The notes under the pieces were generated by a model. It was not told where the DNA came from. It saw only the letters and a program-made list of their open reading frames with translations, and did no database searches. From NCBI GenBank assembly GCA_965222225.1, contig CBDCTK010000002.1, positions 3,552,001-3,616,000 of the forward strand: a DNA stretch of 64,000 bases, written 5' to 3'. The translations under genes were made by a program, and so were the position numbers. Source of the DNA: Candidatus Poribacteria bacterium (GTDB lineage Bacteria; Poribacteria; WGA-4E; JAJDTR01). This document shows positions 38,273-49,465 of this stretch, piece by piece (position 1 is the stretch's first letter; each line of letters begins with the position of its first letter).

Positions 38273-38944
38273 ATGACGCGCGCAGAAGCCTTACGTATCT
38301 TAGGCTTGGAGCCCGACGCAACACCAACCGAGGTGAAGAGAAAGTATCGCCAGCTCGTAAAAGCCGTACACCCTGACAAAAATCCGGCCCCGAATGCTAG
38401 GTACCTCTTTCAGCGTGTTCAAGAGGCGTATGAATCTATCTCTACCACCGAGGAACAAGAACAAACAAGAGAGAGGGTAGCAAGGGAATATAGGGACAGA
38501 GCGACGAGTGAGGCCAGAGCAAGGGCCGCTAGAGAATGGGCTGAAAGAGAAACCAGGCAAAAGCAAGAAAGGGCAAGAGCAGAGAAAGAAGCCAGAGAAA
38601 GAGCAGATAGAGAGAAGAGAGCTAGGGAAGAATGGAAACGACAGCGAGACGAGGCTGTAACCGGAGTGAACGGATGCATTGGTAGTTGCCTTTTCATGCC
38701 AATGTTGTTCACAGTATTCCTTGGCTTTATAGTACTAATCAATTTGGTGGTAGCGATTTCGCGTAACGGGTGGTGGATTTTTGTCACTATTGTTGTCGCA
38801 TTTATTGTTATTTCTGTAACCCTAGCAATTTTATTCAATCTACTTGACGAGTGCCTGAAGAAGTATCAATTGAGAAAATTCCTCATAAACCGTCCGCCGC
38901 CATCCAAAGGTACAACAGAGGAGGCAACAGATGACACCGCATAA
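38273..38944 (+). CDS. J-domain protein with a charged coiled coil and two C-terminal TM helices
   Basis: ALRILGL...KRKYRQLVKAVHPDKN...FQRVQEAY (HPD motif). Confidence 0.85.
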   Translation: MTRAEALRILGLEPDATPTEVKRKYRQLVKAVHPDKNPAPNARYLFQRVQEAYESISTTEEQEQTRERVAREYRDRATSEARARAAREWAERETRQKQERARAEKEARERADREKRAREEWKRQRDEAVTGVNGCIGSCLFMPMLFTVFLGFIVLINLVVAISRNGWWIFVTIVVAFIVISVTLAILFNLLDECLKKYQLRKFLINRPPPSKGTTEEATDDTA

Positions 38945-39112
38945 GTCATTATCTCTTCATTCAACGGAGCAATTCGTAGTATCGTAATTCAGCACATTTA
39001 ATTCACCCGTTTCCTTCATATTTTCCGAGGAAATGCAACCAATGGAAAATAGTGGTCGGTATAGAGTAACGTCTTCTGATCGCCACTCACCACTAGTCAC
39101 TAGACACTGAAA

Positions 39113-40915
39113 ATGACCGACCAAGAGAGGGTACGAAACTACTGCATTCTGGGCCACATAGATCATGGCAAAAGCACATTGAGTGATCGCCTGCTCGAAT
39201 ACACCGGCACATTAACGCAACGCGAAATGCGAGAGCAGGTGCTCGACCAGATGGATCTTGAGCGAGAACGCGGTATTACAATCAAGGCAACGGTTGTCAA
39301 ACTCGAATACCATGCCAAGGATGGTCAGCTCTATGAACTTAATCTGATTGACACACCGGGACACGTCGATTTCACTTATGAGGTCTCACGAAGCCTCGCC
39401 GCATGCGAAGGCGCCGTGCTCATTGTTGACGCGGCACAAGGGGTTGAGGCACAAACGCTTGCAAACGCATATCTCGCGGTGAACCACGACCTCGAAATCG
39501 TCCCCGTCATCAACAAAATCGACTTGCCGACCGCTCGTCCCGATGAGGTGAAGGCGCAAATAGAAGACATTGTCGGTCTTCCTGCGGCGGATGCACTTCT
39601 GGTGAGCGCGAAAGAGGGACTGGGAATTGCGGAGATGTTGGAAGCCATTGTTACCCGCATTCCGCCTCCCCGCGGCAAAGCGGATGAGCCGCTCAAGGCG
39701 CTGGTTATCGATTCGATGTACGATAATTATCGAGGCGTCATTATGTACGTCCGCGTCTTCGATAATGCCATAAAACCGGGCGACAGGATACAGTTGATGG
39801 CAACCGGCAAGGCATTTGACGTGGAAGAGGTGGGGGTCTTTTTGCCAACCATGACGCCGGTCGACCAACTCGACACCGGCAGCGTTGGCTACCTAATCGC
39901 CGGTGTCAGAGTGATTGCAACCGCCAAGATTGGCGACACGATCACGCACGCCAATCGTCCCACATCCAGTCCGTTGCTGGGATATCGGGAGACGAAACCG
40001 CTTGTCTTCTGTGGACTTTACCCAGCGGATACAAGCGATTTTATCACGATGCGCGAAGACCTGGAAAAACTTAAACTCAACGACTCCTCCTTTAACTTTG
40101 AGCCGGAGACCTCCGTTGCGCTCGGATTTGGGTTTCGCTGTGGCTTCTTGGGGCTGTTGCACATGGAGGTGATTCAGGAACGGCTTGAGCGGGAGTTCGG
40201 TTTGTCTCTTATTCGCACCGTTCCAAGTGTCAAATACCACATTTACACCACAGGCGGGAACTGCCTTGAAGTTGATAATCCCGCCCATGTGCCGCCGCGC
40301 GACCAGATCGATTATATCCAGGAGCCTCATATCACGGCTGATATTATTGTTCCGCGGGACTACATCGGGAATGTAATGGGCATCTGTCAAAAGCGACGGG
40401 GTGGGTTCATTCGGATGAATCAGCTTGATGAAACACGGGTGCAGGTTTTTTACGATCTCCCACTAAGCGAAATCCTGGTGGACTTCTACGACAAATTGAA
40501 ATCGGTGACGCGCGGATACGGTTCGCTCGAGTACGAAGTGGGTGCGTATAAAACGGCGGATCTCGTCAAATTGGACATCCTGCTTAACGGCAAATCGGTG
40601 GATGCGCTATCAAGCATTCTCCACCGAGATATGGCATATACACGTGGAAAGGCATGTATCGACAAACTGCGTGAGTTGATTCCGCGCCAAATGTTCGAGA
40701 TTCCGATTCAAGCCGCGATCGGCAACAAAATCATCTCTCGCGAGACCGTGCGTGCTTTGCGAAAGAACGTCACTGGCAAGTGTTACGGCGGGGACATCAC
40801 ACGAAAGCGAAAACTGCTGGAACAACAGAAGGAAGGCAAGAAACGCCTGAAACGGATTGGCAACGTTGAAGTGCCTCAAGAGGCTTTCATGGCGGTTTTG
40901 TCAGTAGACGATTAA
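39113..40915 (+). CDS. lepA: Elongation factor 4
   Basis: [53 protein letters not shown]. Confidence 0.99.
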   Translation: MTDQERVRNYCILGHIDHGKSTLSDRLLEYTGTLTQREMREQVLDQMDLERERGITIKATVVKLEYHAKDGQLYELNLIDTPGHVDFTYEVSRSLAACEGAVLIVDAAQGVEAQTLANAYLAVNHDLEIVPVINKIDLPTARPDEVKAQIEDIVGLPAADALLVSAKEGLGIAEMLEAIVTRIPPPRGKADEPLKALVIDSMYDNYRGVIMYVRVFDNAIKPGDRIQLMATGKAFDVEEVGVFLPTMTPVDQLDTGSVGYLIAGVRVIATAKIGDTITHANRPTSSPLLGYRETKPLVFCGLYPADTSDFITMREDLEKLKLNDSSFNFEPETSVALGFGFRCGFLGLLHMEVIQERLEREFGLSLIRTVPSVKYHIYTTGGNCLEVDNPAHVPPRDQIDYIQEPHITADIIVPRDYIGNVMGICQKRRGGFIRMNQLDETRVQVFYDLPLSEILVDFYDKLKSVTRGYGSLEYEVGAYKTADLVKLDILLNGKSVDALSSILHRDMAYTRGKACIDKLRELIPRQMFEIPIQAAIGNKIISRETVRALRKNVTGKCYGGDITRKRKLLEQQKEGKKRLKRIGNVEVPQEAFMAVLSVDD

Positions 40916-41106
40916 GCACTTGAGTAGAGGGACAGATTGTCAGCACGTTTCAAGAATGAACTTTACAGAATGAGAATAGTGTGCAACAATTGGCATTCAT
41001 AAAATCACCAATCTTTGTAGCCGTGTCGGCAGACAATCGTAATGCTTAGACTTGCTTTTTTTTATTCTGATCCAAGGTTTTCTCCGGTGTTGGAGGTCAG
41101 ACATTC

Positions 41107-41907
41107 ATGAACACACCCGAAAATGACACAGCCGAGCAGCCGAGCCGTTGGCAAAGATTCCAAAACACCGTTGTTTGGGAATACATACAAGTTGCCGTTG
41201 TTGCTTTTGTGCTTGTCTTTGGGTTTATCCGCCCCTTTATTATCGAACCGTTCAAAATCCCATCCGGCTCAATGGAGAATACGCTACTCATCGGAGATCG
41301 CATCCTAGTCTGTAAGTTTATCTACGGGATTAAAATCCCCGGTACAAATATCAAACTCTTCGATTTTCACAAGCCTGCCCGCGGAGATGTGTTCGTGTTC
41401 ATCCCGCCGCATGAAAAGGCGAAGAATTTTATCAAACGGGTCGTTGCCATTGAAGGCGATACCGTAGAAACGAAGGGAGATACACTTCGTGTGAACGGCA
41501 AAGCGATTGATGATAGCAACTATACCAAACATATGTCCTTCCCTTATCATAGACGCGATTTTCCGCCCTTCCTTAGACCGCAGTATATACCTGACGGTAA
41601 AGCGTTTGCCGATTTCAAGCTTTCGCCGGATCGATTTTACCGCAAGTTTCCGGATGGCAAACCGTTCTCGCTTCCCGAAGGTTTCGTTTTTGCGATGGGC
41701 GACAATCGAGATCAGAGCAGCGACAGCAGAACATGGGGTCCGGCTATGCTCGAAAACGTCAAGGGACAGGCGTTTATGGTCTATTGGTCGTACGACCACA
41801 TCGGCAGACAGGGTAAGCCGTGGGCAATCTGGGATATTCCAAAGAGAATCCGATTCAATCGTGTCGTCAAGTTAATTCGCTCGGAGTTCGATGGAAGTCA
41901 AAAGTGA
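41107..41907 (+). CDS. lepB: Signal peptidase I
   Basis: IPSGSMENTLLIGD, FIKRVV, MGDNRDQSSDSR; follows lepA. Confidence 0.97.
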   Translation: MNTPENDTAEQPSRWQRFQNTVVWEYIQVAVVAFVLVFGFIRPFIIEPFKIPSGSMENTLLIGDRILVCKFIYGIKIPGTNIKLFDFHKPARGDVFVFIPPHEKAKNFIKRVVAIEGDTVETKGDTLRVNGKAIDDSNYTKHMSFPYHRRDFPPFLRPQYIPDGKAFADFKLSPDRFYRKFPDGKPFSLPEGFVFAMGDNRDQSSDSRTWGPAMLENVKGQAFMVYWSYDHIGRQGKPWAIWDIPKRIRFNRVVKLIRSEFDGSQK

Positions 41908-41928
41908 TGAGCGAAAGGTAGCCTTGAG

Positions 41929-43029
41929 TTGTCCTTGGAAATTCGTTTAGATCATATTGTCAAGACATTCGATACCACGAAGGCGGTCAATGATGTTAGC
42001 CTTGAGATTGCGAAAGGCGAGCTATTTTTCCTTCTGGGTCCCTCGGGGTGCGGCAAGACGACCTGTCTGCGGATAATTGCCGGCTTCTATCAACCCGATG
42101 CCGGTCGATTAATGTTCGGCGATCGCGTGATGAACGGTGTGCCGCCGCATAAACGTAACACGGGAATGGTCTTCCAGAACTATGCGCTGTGGCCGCACAT
42201 GACCGTATCCGAGAATATCGCTTACGGTCTGGTGCTCCGCAAGGTTGACAAGGCAATGCGAGAAAAGCGTGTAGCGGAGGCGCTAGAGATGGCGCAGATG
42301 CCGGAGTACGCTGATCGTCCCGTGAACAAGCTATCCGGCGGACAGCAGCAACGAATCGCGCTGGCACGCGCGTTGGTCATTGAGCCCAGTGTGCTGTTGC
42401 TTGACGAACCCTTGAGCAACCTCGACGCGCAGTTACGCCTTGAGATGCGCCACGAGATTAAACAGATTCACTCGCGTTCCCGAACCACTGCCGTCTATGT
42501 CACTCATGACCAAGCCGAGGCGCTCTCTCTCGCGGATCGCATGGCAATCATGAAAGACGGCGAAATCGTGCAAGTGGGCACGCCGCGTGAAATCTACCGT
42601 TTCCCTGTCAACGCTTTTGTCGCCAGTTTCGTCGGTGAAACCAACCTCATCAGCGGCAAGATTCGCTCTCTGTCCAACGGGTCGGCTGAGATTGAAACAC
42701 CGATTGGCACTCTTCATTCCGCGTCGGTCTACCATGACTTTGTCGCCGGTGAAGAAACAATCTGCTCAGTTCGTCCGGAGGCAATAAACCCAGCCGAGAA
42801 AATCCCGCCGACCACGCCGAATCAGTATCATTCCAAGGTGCTTGATGCAACCTATCTGGGGCGCGTTGAGGAATACCAACTTTCAATCACCGACGATGTC
42901 AGAATAAAAGCCGTGCTCCACAACCCCAGTACCCATGGCAAACAGATGGGCGATGCGCTTCAGTTTTGGATTCATCCTGAAGATGTTATCCCGTTGCCCG
43001 CTCGTGACGCGCAGCAGCAGACAGAATAG
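41929..43029 (+). CDS. ABC transporter ATP-binding subunit (PotA/FbpC type, TOBE domain)
   Basis: GPSGCGKT, LSGGQQQR, LLLDEPLSNLD, VTHDQ. Confidence 0.95.
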   Translation: MSLEIRLDHIVKTFDTTKAVNDVSLEIAKGELFFLLGPSGCGKTTCLRIIAGFYQPDAGRLMFGDRVMNGVPPHKRNTGMVFQNYALWPHMTVSENIAYGLVLRKVDKAMREKRVAEALEMAQMPEYADRPVNKLSGGQQQRIALARALVIEPSVLLLDEPLSNLDAQLRLEMRHEIKQIHSRSRTTAVYVTHDQAEALSLADRMAIMKDGEIVQVGTPREIYRFPVNAFVASFVGETNLISGKIRSLSNGSAEIETPIGTLHSASVYHDFVAGEETICSVRPEAINPAEKIPPTTPNQYHSKVLDATYLGRVEEYQLSITDDVRIKAVLHNPSTHGKQMGDALQFWIHPEDVIPLPARDAQQQTE

Positions 43030-43215
43030 AGGTATTTGCCTTCAATCCAAATAGAACCCAATGGGAAGGCCCCATCCAAACATTCACGTTAAACTTGCCG
43101 CACCGTGCAGCGGCATGAGGCGTACACGCCAATATCTATCCATTCAAGCACAAATGACCACGGCAGCAAGCTCATCAGTCAGCGTCATTAAGCCGCAAAT
43201 TGAGGAGAACCGGTC

Positions 43216-46200
43216 GTGCGATACACGCCAAATCAGAAGAAAGCCCACGACATAAATCGGCACATCAGTGTAACAGCCGGAGCGGGATCGGGGAAAACGG
43301 AGGTGTTGGCAAACCGTTACCTCAAGATTCTGCTGGAATCCGATGTCTCCGTGCGAGGTGTCGTCGCCATTACCTTTACGGAGAAAGCCGCCGCCGAACT
43401 TAAAGTGCGGGCGCTCAAAAAGATTGCCGAGAAGACAGTCTCAAGCGCCGGGAACGATCGCCTGTTGGCGAAATTAGAAACCATCCGTGAAGAATTTACC
43501 GCTGCACCCATCTCGACAATTCACGAGTTCTGTGCGCGAATCTTGCGCCAATATCCGATTAAAGGCGTCGGTTCAGGATTCGACATTTTGCAGGGCGTCG
43601 ACCAATGGCTGGTTCTTCGAGACACGGTCGATTCAACGCTGAGATTTATTGCCAATCGTCCACGGGGAGATGAAACACGGGAAAAACTCGCCAATTTGCT
43701 GCGAATATTCGGTCGGAGGAAACTTGAAGGAATCCTCGTTAAATTGTTAAACCATCGCGATGCGACCAATAGCTTGGTTAAATCCTTGTATCGTGAATCG
43801 GACGAGCAAATCATAGCAGCGTGGGAGGAATTTCTAGGAGCGGAATTAGGACGAAGCTTTAGAGAGCAATTTCCGATTGACCAATGGCTGAAATCTCTAA
43901 ACGCTGCTTTGGACGTTGCGAAAGGAAAAAATGCGTCCAAAGTCAGTGATTTGACGAAGCAGCTTCAGAACGCGGGGAGCACGAGCGCCTCGCTGTCGAT
44001 TCTCTCCGAGATTTCCCTCTTAATCTTGACACGAACAGGGGATATTGCCAAACAGAATTTCCTTGGTAGAGGGATTGATACCACCCCTGTTGAAGCTGAC
44101 ATCCAGTTCCTCACCGAAGCGGCGCAACACTTCCAGTCCTTTCCCTCCCTTACCGATGACGATGCCTTTCTTATCCGTGTCACATATCCGCTGTTAGCTA
44201 TCTATGATCTGATACACGAGCAATACACGAATTACAAGCTGCGACAGGGCGCATTAGATTTTGAAGACCTTCAAATCGAGGTCAAGAATCTGTTGCAAGA
44301 TGACGCGATCCGGAGGCGCCTTGCTCGTCAGTATTCCTATATCATGATAGATGAATATCAGGACACCAACCGTTTGCAGTACGACATCATCAAACCGTTA
44401 GTTTCCGACTTTGAATCGGGCAATCTGTTCATCGTTGGAGACCGGAAACAGAGCATTTACGGCTTTCGGGGTGCGGACGTGAGGGTATTCCTTCAAACCT
44501 TGAGGGGCATGACCGCGCACCAGTCGGGAATCACCGATGATATTGTGTGGGAGACCGAAACTCTTCAAGCGAAGGAATCGGAGAAACATGGCGACATTCG
44601 CCTTCCAGAGGCTTTCCGCTTCTTACGGAACCTTGTCGGTTTTGTCAATTTAGTCTTTGGGCGGATTATGGGGGATGAGAGGTCCAATGAGTTTGAGGTG
44701 GCGTATGAGCCGTTGATTATGGGAAGGAGAAACGAGGCGTCCGGCGACGTAGAATTGCTCATCGGACGGGAGTCGGGCACTCAAGAAAACGAGCTAATCG
44801 CCTCACGCATCCGCCACTTGATTCAGTCCAATGAACTCGTTTGGGATCGCGATACCGAAGAGCCGCGTCCAATGCGATACGGCGACATCGCTATCCTCAT
44901 CAGAAGTCGCACTCGACTCCCGGAAATCGAGGCTGCACTGCTCCAAGCGAGAATCCCATACTCCGTCGCGAGTGGGATTGGGTTTTATCAGCGGCAGGAA
45001 ATCTATGATATCTGCAACTACCTACAGTTTATGGAAGATCCGACTAATGATGTAGCGCTGGTTGGAATCCTGCGGGGACCGTTTTTCAGTATCTCCGATG
45101 CGGAATTATTTGAGATTTCACAACATTCCGAACAAGGTTCATTTTGGGAGAGGGGCAAGAGTTATCTGGCTGATAGCGGCACATCCGCGATGACCGGCGA
45201 TAACCACAGCCAAGCACAGGATTCCAGCAAGCAGTCCGAGGCGAAGGCTTCAGACTTACTCATTTACGCCTGCGAGACTTTAGAAAAACATCTGAAGATT
45301 TGTCGCCGATTGCCCATCGCGACATTCATGCGGCGGATAATCAATGATACGGGAATGATTGGAACGTTGTCCGTGGGGCTTTCCGGCGGGCAGCGATGGG
45401 CAAATTACGAAAAACTGTTGGCAATAGCACGCGAATTTGACAGATTGGAATTTGCCGAACTTTCCGGTTTCATAGAACGGCTGAATCTGCTGATTGAAGA
45501 GGAGGGCCGCGAAGGTCAGGCAACGATCGAGTCTTCGGAGGACGTCGTTCAAGTGATGACCATCCACGCTGCGAAAGGGCTGGAGTTTCCGGTGGTAATC
45601 CTTCCCTATCTAAGCCGAAAATTCAAATTCGACCCGGAACCGTTCATTGACGATGAAATTGGCATCGGTTTCAGTCCGGCAAAGCCCGAGAAGAACTACG
45701 AGGGCAGCCGTCCATCAATTGCCAGAGTCATGAAAACCCGTCAGGTACAAAAAACTGTCGCTGAGGAAAAGAGACTTTTCTATGTGGCGGCGACCCGCGC
45801 CCGCGACAGACTCATCCTCTCGGGATCCATTGATTTAAGCAGTAAGCCACCTAGTAATTGTTGTTTCAAGTGGTTGCTAAACGCTCTTGAGCTGACAAAG
45901 GCGCCTAACGAATCTCAGATCGAATTTCCCGTGACAATTGAAGCCTTGACCGAAGATTCGCGAAGGTCAATCTCGTTCAATATTCCCATTCGAATATTCC
46001 ATTCCACTGAGGAGATGAATCTCTCCGGCGAAACGCCGACACTTTCGTTACCTCCCGTCGACTTTCCCGAGATTCACATAGAGCCGGTGGAAAGCACGCT
46101 GGCTGGCGAAAATCTGTCTGTCCCGCAACTCCTGAGCTACAGCCACTGTCCGACGAAATTCTACCTTAAACATCGCCTCGGTCTCCCGGACAGGAACATA

Positions 46201-46860
46201 CTCGTCCCGGAGGAAGACGAGTCGGATTCGCAAGACTTCGATGGCAGTCCAAAAAATCGGACAGTTCGCAACGTGCTTGCTCAACTAAGAACAAGTGCGG
46301 ATTGCAAGCGAGATTTAAGCAAGTTAATCAACACTGTCGTGAAATCTGTGTCAGCCGTGCTCGCAGAGGATGAGGTGGCTCTCCACGTGAAACACTTCTT
46401 GGATTCCGATATAGGGAAGCTGGCGTTAGCCGCCAACGAAAGCTACTGCGAACAAGAGATACACGCGCTGCTAGGCGATCACGTTATCCACGGGGTAGTA
46501 GACCGTCTCTTCAAAGGCTCGGATGGGCTATGGCAGATTATCAATTATGAAACCAATCAATTCGACTCGTCGGAGATTGAGACGTGGATAGACTTCTACC
46601 GTCCACAGGTTGAGTTGTACGCGCTGCTGGTTCATCGGCTTTACCCGGAACAGGGAGTGATACCGGCAACAATTTGCTTTACCTCGCTTGCCGAAGCCCA
46701 TCCAATGAACCTGACCGCAGACGAGTTGGAGAGGATTGAACAGCAGTGGATTGAGAGGATTGAGGTCCTTCAGAGGGGGAAGTTCGAAAAAAACAGAGGG
46801 CACTGTCCACTCTGTCCGTACTTCGTTGAGGAACAGTGCTTGGTCTCGGATCCAGAGTAA
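43216..46860 (+). CDS. UvrD/AddA-like helicase with a C-terminal PD-(D/E)XK-like Fe-S domain
   Basis: AGAGSGKT, TFTEKAA, IDEYQDT, VGDRKQSIYGFRGA, MTIHAAKGLEF, YVAATRARD; C-terminal CP...CPLCPY....C. Confidence 0.92.
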   Translation: MRYTPNQKKAHDINRHISVTAGAGSGKTEVLANRYLKILLESDVSVRGVVAITFTEKAAAELKVRALKKIAEKTVSSAGNDRLLAKLETIREEFTAAPISTIHEFCARILRQYPIKGVGSGFDILQGVDQWLVLRDTVDSTLRFIANRPRGDETREKLANLLRIFGRRKLEGILVKLLNHRDATNSLVKSLYRESDEQIIAAWEEFLGAELGRSFREQFPIDQWLKSLNAALDVAKGKNASKVSDLTKQLQNAGSTSASLSILSEISLLILTRTGDIAKQNFLGRGIDTTPVEADIQFLTEAAQHFQSFPSLTDDDAFLIRVTYPLLAIYDLIHEQYTNYKLRQGALDFEDLQIEVKNLLQDDAIRRRLARQYSYIMIDEYQDTNRLQYDIIKPLVSDFESGNLFIVGDRKQSIYGFRGADVRVFLQTLRGMTAHQSGITDDIVWETETLQAKESEKHGDIRLPEAFRFLRNLVGFVNLVFGRIMGDERSNEFEVAYEPLIMGRRNEASGDVELLIGRESGTQENELIASRIRHLIQSNELVWDRDTEEPRPMRYGDIAILIRSRTRLPEIEAALLQARIPYSVASGIGFYQRQEIYDICNYLQFMEDPTNDVALVGILRGPFFSISDAELFEISQHSEQGSFWERGKSYLADSGTSAMTGDNHSQAQDSSKQSEAKASDLLIYACETLEKHLKICRRLPIATFMRRIINDTGMIGTLSVGLSGGQRWANYEKLLAIAREFDRLEFAELSGFIERLNLLIEEEGREGQATIESSEDVVQVMTIHAAKGLEFPVVILPYLSRKFKFDPEPFIDDEIGIGFSPAKPEKNYEGSRPSIARVMKTRQVQKTVAEEKRLFYVAATRARDRLILSGSIDLSSKPPSNCCFKWLLNALELTKAPNESQIEFPVTIEALTEDSRRSISFNIPIRIFHSTEEMNLSGETPTLSLPPVDFPEIHIEPVESTLAGENLSVPQLLSYSHCPTKFYLKHRLGLPDRNILVPEEDESDSQDFDGSPKNRTVRNVLAQLRTSADCKRDLSKLINTVVKSVSAVLAEDEVALHVKHFLDSDIGKLALAANESYCEQEIHALLGDHVIHGVVDRLFKGSDGLWQIINYETNQFDSSEIETWIDFYRPQVELYALLVHRLYPEQGVIPATICFTSLAEAHPMNLTADELERIEQQWIERIEVLQRGKFEKNRGHCPLCPYFVEEQCLVSDPE

Positions 46861-46924
46861 TCAATCGAAGTTAGGAACTGCGCCTCTCGGTTCATAGCAG
46901 CGGAGCGGAAGAACCGGCTTTCAG

Positions 46925-46953
46925 TTGACGCCTACCAGCCCAAACTGTATAAT
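46925..46953 (+). promoter_or_regulatory. sigma70-type promoter of the Ldh_2 gene
   Basis: TTGACG-17 bp-TATAAT. Confidence 0.7.
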
Positions 46954-47082
46954 TCGGAAATTCGTAGAAAGCTACCAGTTAGGGGATTTTGTCTTTGATT
47001 TGAGGATTGAAGATTCACTACGAACCGAAGCGCGTACATCCTATTAACCGTCAAATAAATATCAACTTAACGAGGAGTATAC

Positions 47083-48090
47083 ATGAATCGACCCCCGGAA
47101 TCATTTGTGCAAGTACGAGAAGACCGCTTGCTCGCTTTTTCAACGGCTTGTTATGAGAAAGCCGGATTGACTCACGATCACGCGGCGCTCATTAGCCGAC
47201 TGCTTGTGAACTCGGATTTGCGCGGCGTACGCACGCACGGAACACGGAACACCAATAGCTACTGCAGCGGTTTTGAGAATGGCAGTCACAATCCCCGACC
47301 TAACATCCGCGTTATTCATGAGTCGCCAACCGCGGCGGTTCTTGATGGAAACGGTACGCTCGGCTATCTCCCGATGGTTCGTGCGACGGAGCGCGCCATT
47401 GAGAAGGCGAAAGAGTTGGGTATCGGGATGGGACTTGTGCGCTATATCGGGCATTACGGCTCGGCAGGTCACTATGCCCGACTGTGTAACGAGGCGGGGT
47501 GCATTGGGTTCTCGGTGCAGGGGTATTCCGATCAGGGTAAAGCCAGAGAGGCGGGGGCGCAACTCGGTTACTTCGGTAATCCGCCCATCTGCTTTGCCAT
47601 ACCATCCGGAGAGGAGCCATCGGTTGTGCTTGATGCCGCAACCTGCATCTTGGCGGATTACCAACGCGGTCCCGAATTCGATGAACTTCTGTCGTTGATC
47701 CCGGCGGCGTTTTTCAAGAGCATCGGATACACGGCGGTTGCCAGTTTGCTGGGCGGCGCGTTAACCGGATTTACCGAACCGCCGCCGGAGGACACTGCCA
47801 AATGGAATGGAGCAGAATTGGGGGGAATGGTTCTCGCTATTCACATTGATTCTGTGGTGCCCGAGGCGGTTTTCAATGCGGAGGTCGATCGGATGGTACG
47901 GGATGTGCGCGAAACATACGAACCGATGCCGGGATACGATCGTGCGCTGCTCCCGGGCGCGATTGAAGCGGAGCGGATGGAGATGCACCGCCGGGAAGGC
48001 ATTCGCTACGGGGAGGAGGAGCAGCAGTCGGCGCGTGCGGTTAGCCAGAGGCTTGGCGTGCCTCTGCCGTGGGATCAAGCGACTGAATAG
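47083..48090 (+). CDS. Ldh_2 family oxidoreductase (malate/L-lactate/ureidoglycolate dehydrogenase-like)
   Basis: SDLRGVRTHG, AIEKAKELGIG, GHYGSAG, FGNPPICFAIP, LLPGAIE. Confidence 0.88.
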   Translation: MNRPPESFVQVREDRLLAFSTACYEKAGLTHDHAALISRLLVNSDLRGVRTHGTRNTNSYCSGFENGSHNPRPNIRVIHESPTAAVLDGNGTLGYLPMVRATERAIEKAKELGIGMGLVRYIGHYGSAGHYARLCNEAGCIGFSVQGYSDQGKAREAGAQLGYFGNPPICFAIPSGEEPSVVLDAATCILADYQRGPEFDELLSLIPAAFFKSIGYTAVASLLGGALTGFTEPPPEDTAKWNGAELGGMVLAIHIDSVVPEAVFNAEVDRMVRDVRETYEPMPGYDRALLPGAIEAERMEMHRREGIRYGEEEQQSARAVSQRLGVPLPWDQATE

Positions 48091-48126
48091 GGAGTGCGAT
48101 AGTAAATCCCGTGCGATAGAACTCCC
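48073..48126 (+). repeat. Dispersed modular repeat copy 6 (A+B+B); supplies the Ldh_2 stop codon
   Basis: GATCAAGCGACTGAATA-GGGAGTGCGATAGTAAATCCC-GTGCGATAGAACTCCC. Confidence 0.8.
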
Positions 48127-48215
48127 ACAGACAACAACACTCGAATGCCCTAAAAACGCTTTGCCATCTATTTTAAAACAGGCATCTTAAACTTTGGTTG
48201 TCTACACTGGACTGA

Positions 48216-49340
48216 ATGACTGAATATCGTTGCTACGTTTGTAACACAACCTATCCCATAAACACCCTCCGCTACAAATGCGATTGTGACGGCGTGCTGA
48301 ATCTCAAGAAGGGGGAGAACCCCTACCCACTTGACGAGATTCCGAGGCGACGCAGTACGCTCTGGCGTTATCGCGAAGCCATCCCCGTTGACCACGATGC
48401 ATCAATCGTCTCGCTTGGCGAAGGCATGACGCCGCTTGTTCCGTTCAATGATGGCGCGTGCGGACATTACCTGAAATTGGACTTCATATCGCTCACCGGT
48501 TCGTACAAGGATCGCGGCGCTTCGGTACTAATCTCCAAACTCAAAGAACTAGGTATCCGGGAAGTCGTTGAGGATTCATCGGGAAATGCCGGCGCCGCAA
48601 TAGCCGCCTATTGCGCGAGGGCTGGAATCGGCTGCACCATCTACTGTCCCGCGTCCACGTCGAAGGGAAAACTCGCGCAGATCGGCGCCTACGGAGCACG
48701 TTTGAAGCTAATCGAGGGCAACCGCGCGGCAACCACCGAAGCTGTGCTTGAGGCGGCGGAGACCACCTATTACGCCTCCCACAACTGGAATCCGTTCTTT
48801 CTGGAGGGTACGAAGACGGTTGCGTTCGAGATCGCCGAACAGCTTGGCTGGAGAGCGCCTGACCATGTAATCTGCCCTATCGGGTTTGGGAGTGTCTTCC
48901 TCGGCTTATACATCGGATTCGGCGAGCTATATGCGGGGGGAGTCGTTGAGAAGATTCCGCGGCTACTGGGCGTGCAGTCGGCGGCGTGCGCTCCAATCTA
49001 CACGGCGTGCAGCGAAAATGGGAAGATTAAGCGTACCTCGCAGACCCATGAGACACTTGCCGAGGGAATTGCGGCGGAATATCCAATTCGGGGGGAAATG
49101 ATAATGGAAGCCCGGCGAGAATCAGATGGAGGGTTCACCATCGTGAATGAAGAGGAAATCAAATCTGGCGTTAGAATCCTTGCGGCAAAGGGGGTCTACG
49201 TTGAACCGACTTCCGCGGTTGTGGTTAAAGCGTTCGACAAGTTCGTGGGAGAGGGTATTATCCGTAAGGGTGATACGGTTGTGTCGATACTTACGGGTTC
49301 CGGGTTGAAGGCGACGGAGAAGCTGATGAAGATTATGTGA
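48216..49340 (+). CDS. thrC: Threonine synthase-like fold-type II PLP enzyme
   Basis: SLGEGMTPL, TGSYKDRG, DSSGNAG, EGTKTVAFE, VEPTSA, LTGSGLK. Confidence 0.85.
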   Translation: MTEYRCYVCNTTYPINTLRYKCDCDGVLNLKKGENPYPLDEIPRRRSTLWRYREAIPVDHDASIVSLGEGMTPLVPFNDGACGHYLKLDFISLTGSYKDRGASVLISKLKELGIREVVEDSSGNAGAAIAAYCARAGIGCTIYCPASTSKGKLAQIGAYGARLKLIEGNRAATTEAVLEAAETTYYASHNWNPFFLEGTKTVAFEIAEQLGWRAPDHVICPIGFGSVFLGLYIGFGELYAGGVVEKIPRLLGVQSAACAPIYTACSENGKIKRTSQTHETLAEGIAAEYPIRGEMIMEARRESDGGFTIVNEEEIKSGVRILAAKGVYVEPTSAVVVKAFDKFVGEGIIRKGDTVVSILTGSGLKATEKLMKIM

Positions 49341-49401
49341 GGTGTGTTCAGAAACGAATTTCTACCGCCGGGAATGTCCAATGTGATTATCATGGGATCT
49401 G

Positions 49402-49446
49402 TGCAGTTGGACGCTCGTAGAGGACGGCCCCTGTGCCGTCCGCAAG
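49402..49446 (+). repeat. REP-containing direct repeat, left of the R-M island
   Basis: GTAG + GGACGGC-N6-GCCGTCC hairpin; 37/45 identical to 59293-59337. Confidence 0.75.
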
Positions 49447-49465
49447 TATTGAGCGACGACGGCGA

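Noticed and set aside
43140-43190. Hammerhead ribozyme (CTGATGAG on the minus strand)
   Set aside because: No stem II followed by GAAA, and no cleavage triplet geometry.
46100-46860. Cas4 gene / CRISPR adaptation module
   Set aside because: The Cas4-like Cys pattern is part of the helicase C-terminus, and there is no cas1, cas2 or array.
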